Below are positions 56,048 through 64,000 of a stretch of 64,000 nt of DNA, piece by piece. The stretch's first letter is position 1, and every line of letters begins with the position of its first letter. The stretch is from Pelagomonas calceolata (Eukaryota), in the NCBI GenBank assembly GCA_918797485.1, contig CAKKNE010000001.1, positions 5,704,001 to 5,768,000 of the forward strand. Direction: 5' to 3'. A program made the position numbers and the translations under genes. The notes beneath the pieces were generated by a model, which was not told the DNA's origin, did no database searches, and saw nothing but the letters and a program-made list of their open reading frames with translations.

Positions 56048-56337
56048 AAGCGGCTGCTCACACGCTTTTGCGCTCACTCGCTGCAGGCATTCGCTGGAAC
56101 CTGTGCGAGCATCTGAGAGTGCTCATTCGCTGTGTTCGCTTGCATACAGGCGCTCCTTGTGCACCGGCTCGCGGTGCCGCCGCTGCACTCAGCGCTGCAC
56201 ATCAGCAACTCGCAGCTTGGCAGAGCTGCGTCCCGTCGGGGCCGCAGTCGAATACACATCAAAGTGATATAGCGCGCCCTCGTAGAACAGCAGACCGCCG
56301 AACAAAACGCAGACGAGCTGCAACACGTAAAAAGACG

Positions 56338-57901
56338 ATGCCCAAGCCCAGCAACAGGATGGGCCACGGCTTGGAAGTCGGCTTCTGCGACTCCAATGGA
56401 AATGGCTTTTCGACGAAGCAGCCCGCCGACCATATTGAGAGGTGGTCGCTGCCGCGCGACAACGGCACCCATTTAGTGATTCCGTGGCGGCCCCATGCTC
56501 GAGCCTGCGGCCGAAACGTCACGTCCTACGACGTCGACGTGACGACGTCCGCTTCCTTCCTCAACTTCTTCGTGAATGCGTTCGGTTCCTTCCCCCAAGA
56601 CATGTGCGACCCCCGCGGCAGTAAAGCGCGGGAAGCGACGTCCGCGTCGGCGCCGACCTGTTCCGCCTACGAGAAGAGCTGCGAGAAGAACGAGCGCCTC
56701 GCGACCTTTATCGTGCCGCGAGCGTTGCGCAAGCTCACTCTCTTAGATGTCGAAGTCACGGTCCGAGCCTACGGCTCGCTCGCGCCCCTCGGCAAACCGC
56801 AAGAGAAAGGTGAGAGAGTGGTGCATTGGTGCCACAAATACCGGAAGGCGCGGGACTTCGAGAAACTGCGGCCCTGGCGGAACCGCGCGTTACCTCAAGA
56901 TTCGGAGTCTTTGATACAACGCGCGTACCTCGAGCATCATAGAAGGATGACTCGTCTAGAACCGGGGTTCTTGGTGCTTTCGGTCCTCGTGTACTGCTTC
57001 TTTCGAAAGCGGCACCGGAAGTCGATGGTCGTCGATTTGGTCAAACTGTCGCTCGGCGTCGCGGCGCCGTGCTTGTTCGTGCTGCTGGCGCGGTCGGCGC
57101 CCATCGAGGACCTGGCGCTGGGCGCGCCGGAGCCGCCTCTACTAGTGCTGGCGTTGCTGGGCCAGGCTATGATAGCGTATAACCGTTGGCCGTCGCTCGT
57201 CGGCGCGGTTCGGAGCCAGCGTCTTGATTCGCCGTCGCGTCGATGGCGTGGAGGGGCACGCCATCGAGCCGACGCGCACGCAGGTCGCGGCGCGCAACCG
57301 CGCCGTGCAACGCGAAAAGGAGGCCAAGGACCGCGTCGCGAACGCAAACGTATTACGACGCAAGTCCGAGCAGGTCGTGGTCGAGACCCTAAAACCCAGG
57401 GAAGAGGACGACAGCGACACGGACACCGACGACGACGACGAAAATCTAAACGCGTTGGACGACTGGCTCGCGCGGCCCGCCGACCAGAAGGCTCCCGTGC
57501 CGACGGAGGCCGTCGATGAGGTCTCCCCGTACGCGCTCGTGGCGTATCATGGGTTAGCAGTTTGGCGCTGGTTCTTTATATTGTGCTGGTGCCAGCCGGC
57601 GGCGGCGCGGGCCGTTTCTGGTTTAGTGGGGGATGGCGCCGCGTCACTCGTCGGCTTTTTGTTCGCCGTCGGCGTCATGGCGGGCGCGGAGCGAGCGAAG
57701 AGCCAGGAGCGTCTATTGGAGCTCGCCGCATTATCTGGGTTGTGTTGCGCCTGCCGGGGCACGGCGCTGGCGGCCTGCCCTGTCGCCTTCGCCGTGGACT
57801 ATTCGGTGGGGAATGTCGAGGCGGCGTCGTGGCGCGACGTTTGTAGGCGTCTTTTCTGCGCGCTGCTCGTCGTCGCGGTGATCGGGTCCGTTTGTGTCTA
57901 G
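56338..57901 (+). CDS. Hypothetical multi-pass membrane protein (intron 57208-57283)
   Basis: Two ORFs joined by a phase-0 GT-AG intron containing an 11-bp hairpin; several hydrophobic segments. Confidence 0.65.
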
Positions 57902-57947
57902 GAGCGCGGTAACTTTATTTAAGTGTTGTCCGCGTCGCCGGCGGCGT

Positions 57948-58657
57948 CTATGGCGCGGCCTCCAATGCGAGGCGGTGCATCTGCGACCAGCCCATCAAGG
58001 AAGGGTATCGGCCGTCCCGGGCGCGTAGAAAAATCATGAATGCTATATATATACCCATAGACATCGACGCCATCTCCGCGTCCGAGACTTGGCGGATGCG
58101 CGTCGAGTCGAGCGGGCTCAAGAATATATCAGCAATGAACTCGGCGCAGGCCGCTGCGATGGAGTTGAGGAGGAAGCGGTTGTCCCACGCGCCCTGGTCG
58201 CCGTACGCTTGGGCGAGGTTGACCTTGAAGAACTCGAACCCGCCGAACTTGAACGAGCCCTGCAACGCGTACGCTGCCGCCGTCGCGGACATTCCCGTCG
58301 TGAGCGCGCCCGCGCCCTCGCTCGCGATGATTTCACGGGTCGCGCCGAGGAGGCCCTTGCTCCCGAGCTCGGGCACCAATTGCATGCGCGTCTTGACGAA
58401 ATCAATCGGCGTGGCGCCGCCGTGCGTCACCTGTGTGGAAATGAAGCAGTGCGTCGCGTCGAGGACGTGGAGGGTCGACGCGACGATTCCGCACGAGGGC
58501 CGCTCGCCGCTCGGCGCTCGCCGCTCGGAGTCTCGGACGGCGCCGTGATTTCTACACAGCGCGTTACCGAGCAGCAGACGCCGCCGGCCAAGAATCCTTT
58601 GAGATAGTAGTCCGGCGTGTACAGTGAGTAGTCGTAAACCGCGCTTTTGACGGCCAT
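57948..58657 (-). pseudogene. Mitochondrial phosphate carrier (SLC25A3/MIR1-like), 3'-truncated (intron 58431-58567)
   Basis: AGGVCCS-VTHGGATPIDFVKTRMQL, YALQGSFKFGGFEFFK and AEFIADIFLSPL..RIR. Similarity stops early in carrier repeat 2. Confidence 0.7.
58431..58559 (-). mobile_element. Introner element 7 (minus-strand intron 58431-58567)
   Basis: TIRs ctgtgtggaaat...atttctacacag; TSD gtaacgcg/gtgacgca on the gene strand. Confidence 0.88.
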
Positions 58658-59281
58658 GGTCTCGCTACTTGTCTGAGAGCTTTTATGCTCTCTGGTGTTT
58701 CCCGAGCTAACGGCTCTCGGAGTTTCAGTCTCGAACGGCTTACGTTGTTCGTAAGGCCTACGCGCGTGATCGCTACGCCGCAAACTCGTTCGAGTCGGCG
58801 AGACAAATGAGAGGCTGTGGAGCTGAGGCTGAGATTTAGCCTCGCGCGCGCCTGCTCAATTCGCTATCGCCGCCTCTGAAAACACCGTTCCGCCCGTCTC
58901 TGAGAGGACTGAGAAGCATAGAAGAGGTGTCCGTAACGACTAGTGACTTTACTATGCTAGCTAATTATTTTGCAAAAAGCGGAGACGCGCCCTGCTGCGG
59001 CCCCTCAGCGCTCGTTACGCAGCGCTGACACTGTGCGCGGCACAAATAACCCGCAGCAGCGCCAACTCTGCAGCGGTGCCGCTCGCGCTTGCCTGTGGAG
59101 CCCGCGCCGGCGAGAAACTCCTGCGCAGCCTCGCGCCGCGCGCGCGACCGGCGCCGCAGCGCTGACGCCGTGAGCGCAGCTGTATACGCAGTTTCATTCT
59201 CTAAAACCGCGAAGCCGCACCGCGCTGCGAGCCGACGTCCAGACGCGGGTCGACTCGGGCGCCGCCGCGGCTCCTTGAAAC

Positions 59282-61900
59282 ATGAACGTCAACATGCAGC
59301 AGGCGACGCAGGCCGCCAAGAAGATGGCCGACGCCGGCGGCGACTCCCACTTCCTCGAGGAGCAGATGAACCCTACGAGGATAAAACAGTACCTCGACAG
59401 CGGGAAAGATTACGACAAGGTTAAAGGGATGAAGTGGCTCCTGGCCATGATGTCGAAGGGTCGCGACGCGTCGGAGTTCTTCTCCGATGTGGTCAAGAAT
59501 GTGGTAGCCAAGTCCGTGGAAGTGAAGAAGATGGTGTACATGTATCTCAGTCATTATTGTGATTTTAACCACCAGTGTCGAGAACTGGCTCTATTATCTA
59601 TAAATAGTTTCCAGAAGGACCTCGCGGCGTCGAATCAATTAGTTAGAGCCATGGCTTTGCGGGTGATGACCTCAATAAGGGTGCCGGACGTCATACAAAT
59701 ACAGTTACTCGCGGTGAAGAAGTGCGCCGGTGATAGTTCGCCGTATGTGAGAAAGTGCGCGGCCAACGCCATCGCCAAGCTCGTCTCGTTATCGGACGGC
59801 GCCGAGCAGGAGAGCTGCGACCAGTTCGTGGCTACGCTCCTCAACGATACGTCTCCCATGGTTCTGGGGAGCGCGGTCACGGCCTTCGCCGAAGTCTGCC
59901 CGCAGAACTGGGCCATCTTCCACCCGAACTACCGGAAGCTTTGTCAATTATTGGCGGACTGCGACGAGTGGGCCCAGATCACGATACTAGGCGTACTAGC
60001 CAGGTATTTGCGGACGCAGTTCGTCGATCCCTCGCCGGACAAGCCGCAAACATCATCAGAACCGCAACGCATTGTCAGAAGGAAGGTCAAGAAGGCCTTT
60101 TATAGCGACGACGAGGACGAGTCCGAGGAGGAAGTCGTCGTACAAGACGACCCCTGGGACGACGACGGCCCCGCGCTGGAAGATGACCACAAGCTCGCGT
60201 TGACCTCATCGTTACCTCTGCTGAAGTCGAGGAATTCCGGGGTCGTCCTCGCGGTCTGTTCTCTACATTATCATTGCGGAGCACCTACAAATGAAGAGCG
60301 GGAAACGATCGGCCGCGCCCTCGTCCGCATCCTGCGCAACCGCCCGGAGATCCAGTACGTCGTCTTGAAATCGATCGCCGTCATGGCCTCGGAGCGGCCG
60401 GTGCGTCGCGCGGCGTCCGAAACCACCCACCACCTCGTGAGATGGAGACGAGTCGTATCAATGATGAGAGAGAGCCAGAAACCCGCCGCGACGCAGGCCA
60501 TGTTCGCCCCTTTTTTACGGGACTTTTTTGTGAAGGGTACGGACGCCAAATTCAACCGCGAGATCAAGCTCGAGATTCTCGTGCGGTTAGCTACTCCCGA
60601 TAGTGTGGAGGAGATCCTGCGGGAGCTACAGACGTACTGTCGCGGGACGGAAAAGGACTTCGTATGTGATGCTGCGACTGCTGCGGCTCGGGTTGCGGAC
60701 GCGCGGCCGGAATGTGCGGACGACGTCCTTCGCGGGTTACTTGATTTGGCTCGAAGCCACGATCGCGACGAGTGTCGGTCCGTGGATGCTTCTGTGGTGT
60801 CGAGTGCGTTGGTCGCGATCCGGCAGTTGCTGCAGCAGGGTGCCGGGGTATCTGCTGAAGATCCGGTCATTGTACGACGTGATGTAGTACGGCAAGTAGC
60901 GAAGATGCTCCTGAAACCTAAAAACAAGGGAGCATTTTCTACCAATCCTTCGGTCGAGGAGGACGAGGGCCGGAGGGGCGGCGCGCCGGTCCCGACGGCG
61001 TCCGGAAGGGGTGCTTCCGCGAGGGCGTCGGCGTGTTTTATATTAGGGGAGTTTCGTGATGATGTTTCTGATTTACTGCCGGACGCTGTTCGATTGTTAG
61101 CATCTCGCTTTTCTGGCGAAGTCGTAGAGGTGAAGCAGCAGATCCTCAATCTCTCAGTGAAGGCGGCGACGGCGTATCCTGCGAACAACGACCTCGACTC
61201 TTTACTGAGATATATCTTAGAATTAGCTCGCTTCGACACGGACCACGACCTCCGAGATAGGGGTAGGTACCTTACCGCTACTCTAGGTCTGAGCGTGCCT
61301 GGGTCTGAAACATCAGATGAAGCTGCTCTACAACAACTGAAAGCGAACAAACACTCATTAATCCTGGGCGAGAAGCAGCCCCCCTCGACGCGCCATGGGA
61401 CCGTCGCCCCGGAAGGCGTGCCGCAGTTTACGGTCGGTTCGCTCAGCTCAATGATGGGCCACGAGGTCGACGGGTATTTGCCGCTGGAGCCCTGGGCCAC
61501 CGAACCGTCCGATCCATCCATTCGCAACCCGCCGAACGGGAGCGTGTTCCGCGCCGGCGCGGGGCAGACGGGCATCTCCTCGGAAGAGGTCGCGGCGAAC
61601 CCGGGGGCCTTCTACGGCAACGACGACGAGTCGTCCTCCACGGAATCGTCGTCCTCCGGTTCTGATAGCGACGAGTCCGACAGCGACGCGTCGTCCTCCG
61701 AGGGTTCGGACTCTGACGATAGCGAGGAATCGTCGGCCGACGCGTCGTCGGCGTCGGACTCTGATGATAGCGAGGAGGAGAGCTCGTCGTCGGGCGCGGA
61801 GGAGGCGAAGGCGCCGCCTCCATCAGACCCGTTCGACGTCTTCGCGGCGCCTTCCAGTGCTCCGGCGACGTCGAACGACGACATCCTGAAGATGTTCTAG
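59282..61900 (+). CDS. AP3B: AP-3 adaptor complex subunit beta (in-frame intron 60401-60496)
   Basis: VVKNV, VKKMVYMYL, LALLSINSFQKDL, DSSPYVRKCAA, DEWAQ, PLLKSRNSGVV and DLRDR; acidic Ser-rich hinge. Confidence 0.93.
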   Translation: MNVNMQQATQAAKKMADAGGDSHFLEEQMNPTRIKQYLDSGKDYDKVKGMKWLLAMMSKGRDASEFFSDVVKNVVAKSVEVKKMVYMYLSHYCDFNHQCRELALLSINSFQKDLAASNQLVRAMALRVMTSIRVPDVIQIQLLAVKKCAGDSSPYVRKCAANAIAKLVSLSDGAEQESCDQFVATLLNDTSPMVLGSAVTAFAEVCPQNWAIFHPNYRKLCQLLADCDEWAQITILGVLARYLRTQFVDPSPDKPQTSSEPQRIVRRKVKKAFYSDDEDESEEEVVVQDDPWDDDGPALEDDHKLALTSSLPLLKSRNSGVVLAVCSLHYHCGAPTNEERETIGRALVRILRNRPEIQYVVLKSIAVMASERPVRRAASETTHHLVRWRRVVSMMRESQKPAATQAMFAPFLRDFFVKGTDAKFNREIKLEILVRLATPDSVEEILRELQTYCRGTEKDFVCDAATAAARVADARPECADDVLRGLLDLARSHDRDECRSVDASVVSSALVAIRQLLQQGAGVSAEDPVIVRRDVVRQVAKMLLKPKNKGAFSTNPSVEEDEGRRGGAPVPTASGRGASARASACFILGEFRDDVSDLLPDAVRLLASRFSGEVVEVKQQILNLSVKAATAYPANNDLDSLLRYILELARFDTDHDLRDRGRYLTATLGLSVPGSETSDEAALQQLKANKHSLILGEKQPPSTRHGTVAPEGVPQFTVGSLSSMMGHEVDGYLPLEPWATEPSDPSIRNPPNGSVFRAGAGQTGISSEEVAANPGAFYGNDDESSSTESSSSGSDSDESDSDASSSEGSDSDDSEESSADASSASDSDDSEEESSSSGAEEAKAPPPSDPFDVFAAPSSAPATSNDDILKMF

Positions 61901-61947
61901 CTTCTACCGGCGTCGTCGTAAGTATGATAGGTGTTACTTGCTAGTCT

Positions 61948-63099
61948 CTATGCGCGCAGGACCGCACGCACTTTCTCCAGATCCCTCTGGGTGCTGAGCG
62001 TCTCCGGGTGCGCAGGTCCAAGGACCCGCCGCTCATTCTTAAGGACGTCAGCTATTATCCTCTCTGCCTCCGCGACGTCTTCTCGTGAGGCAGCAGACCG
62101 GAAGCATACATTGCCCAAAATTGCCCGGAGAGTTAGAACTCGTACATGGTTTAACTTCGCAGTGGGCCCCAAAACGCCTATTGCCATATCTATGGTCTGC
62201 CGCAGGAATGACTTTGCCTCGGCGTGATGACCTAAAACGATGAGAGAATTCGCTAAGTTAATAGCAATCTGCAGCCGGCCCTCGAATGGATAGTTGAACG
62301 CCTCCGCCTTGTAGTACATTTCGCGTTTCATTGACAGGGACTTTTCGTGCCAACGGAGGTCAGCATAGCAAGCGGCGATGTTCATCATTGTATTCAATTG
62401 TAATTCTACCTTTGCTTTCTTATGTAAAGTCTGTAGCTCAGACAATTGCGCCTCGAAAACCCTGAGCGCTTCTTTGCTAAACTTCTCCTTCTCCTTCTGC
62501 GGACTTCCCAGTGTAAACGCCGCTCGTAAACCTGATCCGAGTATGGCCATCGCATGGAACCGGTGACAGTCTGTTTTTTCCCTTTCCACGTACGTCTTCC
62601 AGCACGCCCACCCAAGCGCACACAACACAACGCCGTGGTAGCGTTGCTCGCACAAGCTGCACGTGTGCCACCGTTCCCACCTCGCTTCCTTCGCCTTGAG
62701 GCCCAAATTGTTCTCCTCGCCCTCCGCGACCAAAATCTTCGCCTGCTCCGCCAAGCACGATACATGGGCGAAGCCCGACGTCCCGCGGCACGCACACCCG
62801 CGCACGAGGCCCTCCTTCGTCTTCCAATGGAGGGCCTGCGTGCAGATGTAGCACGTCTGGCCCTTCGTGTCCGCCGCGCATTTCTCGACCGCGGCCGCGA
62901 CGGCCTCCTTGTATTTTTTGTCGGCGTGATATTGCTCCGCGTTGCCGCCGCGGTGTATTTTCTTACACATTTGCTTGTGGCCGCGGCGCCAGTGGTCATG
63001 TTGGCAAGTCGAGTCACAATAGCGAACTTTACAGCGTACGCAACGCGGCGCGTCGAGGGCCAGTGGGGCGGCGCAGGCGGCGCAAGTTGTGAGGATCAT
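61948..63099 (-). CDS. zf-MYND + RINGv + TPR-like helical repeat family protein
   Basis: CAAC...RCVRCKVRYC...CQHDHW...HK, CYIC...CACRGTSGFAHVSCL...CSLC and RRVLGPAHPETL. The first ~170 aa are near-identical to the 54079 gene. Confidence 0.9.
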   Translation of the reverse strand: MILTTCAACAAPLALDAPRCVRCKVRYCDSTCQHDHWRRGHKQMCKKIHRGGNAEQYHADKKYKEAVAAAVEKCAADTKGQTCYICTQALHWKTKEGLVRGCACRGTSGFAHVSCLAEQAKILVAEGEENNLGLKAKEARWERWHTCSLCEQRYHGVVLCALGWACWKTYVEREKTDCHRFHAMAILGSGLRAAFTLGSPQKEKEKFSKEALRVFEAQLSELQTLHKKAKVELQLNTMMNIAACYADLRWHEKSLSMKREMYYKAEAFNYPFEGRLQIAINLANSLIVLGHHAEAKSFLRQTIDMAIGVLGPTAKLNHVRVLTLRAILGNVCFRSAASREDVAEAERIIADVLKNERRVLGPAHPETLSTQRDLEKVRAVLRA

Positions 63100-63161
63100 T
63101 TTTTGATGGCGCCGAGTCGGCGAGGGTTAAGCGGGCGCGTTATGTGTTGGACGACTCGCAG

Positions 63162-63184
63162 GCTAGTGTCCTACGACCGCTAGC
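63162..63184. promoter_or_regulatory. Recurrent intergenic motif copy (1 mismatch)
   Basis: gctagtgtcctac-gac-cgctagc between divergent genes. Confidence 0.5.
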
Positions 63185-63305
63185 TGCGAAATATAACTCA
63201 AACATTTGCTTGCTCCGCGCGCGCTCAGACGCTCAGGAGCGTCGCATATTTGCTGAAAGGACTCATTCTTATAGCCACATAATTCTGCTGGTGAGATTTT
63301 ACGCA

Positions 63306-64000
63306 ATGAGCACGCTCGCAGACCGGATAGCAGCCCGCAAAGCCAGGAAGGCGCGGCGCGAAGCGGAGGAGGCTGCGGCGGCGTCTGGAAGCGCGAGACC
63401 GCCAGCACCGCGAGACCCGGTCGCACCACCGGTCGCACCACCACCGGCGCCGCCGCGCGAGCGCCGGGCCGCAGCGGTGCCGGAACGCCGCCCGAGCGCC
63501 ACAGCCGTGCCAACACGGCGGCCGAGCGCCACAGCCGTGCCGGAACGGAGACCGAGTGCTGCGGACCGGCGAGACGCGCGAAGCGCCCCGCTCCCCGAGC
63601 GCGTCGAGCGGCTCGCGCGCGCGACCGAGGGCCTCGACGTGTCCGACTCGCTGCGCGCGCGCATCGAGCGGAGGAGACGGTCGAGCGGGCGCGCGGAGGC
63701 ACCACGAGCCGCGGAGCCGCCGCAGCGGAGACCGTCGCCGCCGCGGAGGACGGCGTCACCGCAAAGGCGGCGGTCGCCGGAGCGGAAGCCGCCGCCGCGG
63801 CCAGCGGTACCGCCGTCCCCGCTGACGGACGAGGAGGACGACGTGCCGCAGTCGACGCGCGACCGCGTCGCCGCGCTCGCCGAGCGAGCCAAGGAGCGCG
63901 CCCGCGACGCCATCCGCGAAGCGAGAGGCCCGCGCGGCGACCTGACCTTGGCCGCGATCGATTCATTAACGAGACAATACGAAGCGAAGAAGGAGGAGGC
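63306..64000 (+). CDS. Hypothetical Arg/Pro-rich protein, 5' part (runs off the window end)
   Basis: Open from ATG 63306 (MSTLADRIAARKARK...) to the window end; three 10-aa AVPERRPSAT-like repeats near 63475-63560. Confidence 0.65.
   Translation, partial: MSTLADRIAARKARKARREAEEAAAASGSARPPAPRDPVAPPVAPPPAPPRERRAAAVPERRPSATAVPTRRPSATAVPERRPSAADRRDARSAPLPERVERLARATEGLDVSDSLRARIERRRRSSGRAEAPRAAEPPQRRPSPPRRTASPQRRRSPERKPPPRPAVPPSPLTDEEDDVPQSTRDRVAALAERAKERARDAIREARGPRGDLTLAAIDSLTRQYEAKKEE

Noticed and set aside
60271..61575. 434-aa antisense ORF, and many similar ORFs such as 2665-3564, 5730-6824 and 37294-38280
   Set aside because: These are shadow or alternative frames of well-supported genes in high-GC DNA, with Arg/Ala/Ser-rich translations and no motifs.
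1..64000. Autonomous transposase for the introners, and tRNA or rRNA genes
   Set aside because: No DDE transposase, reverse transcriptase or structural RNA pattern was recognisable by eye. A tRNAscan/Rfam search would be needed to exclude small RNAs.

Overview
GC-rich, very gene-dense eukaryotic nuclear DNA. It is most consistent with a pelagophyte stramenopile alga (Pelagomonas/Aureococcus-like), an inference from the TIR introners, the zf-MYND/RINGv/TPR-like family and ASAF-type plastid targeting. About 33 protein-coding loci are present. They include KIN17, RPL6, V-ATPase A, PRP17/CDC40, AP-3 beta, an animal-type phosphomevalonate kinase, an FKBP, a Rad5/16-like SNF2 ATPase, transporters (CRT-like, EamA, NhaC fragment, truncated mitochondrial phosphate carrier), oxygenases and glycosyltransferases. 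Seven introns are introner-type DNA transposons with CTGTGTGGAAAT...ATTTCCACACAG terminal inverted repeats and 8-bp target-site duplications. The highlight is a ~1950-aa receptor-like protein (32334-38275). It joins a bacterial TauA-like solute-binding domain, CUB/EGF/Cys-rich ectodomains, a multi-pass membrane region and a C-terminal RelA/SpoT-like nucleotidyltransferase, whose motifs are only complete after an introner is spliced out. Also notable are a recurrent GCTAGTGTCTTAC-N(0-4)-CGCTAGC motif in promoter regions and several chimeric or truncated genes. No rRNA, tRNA or CRISPR was recognised. All family assignments come from motifs read by eye, not from database searches.
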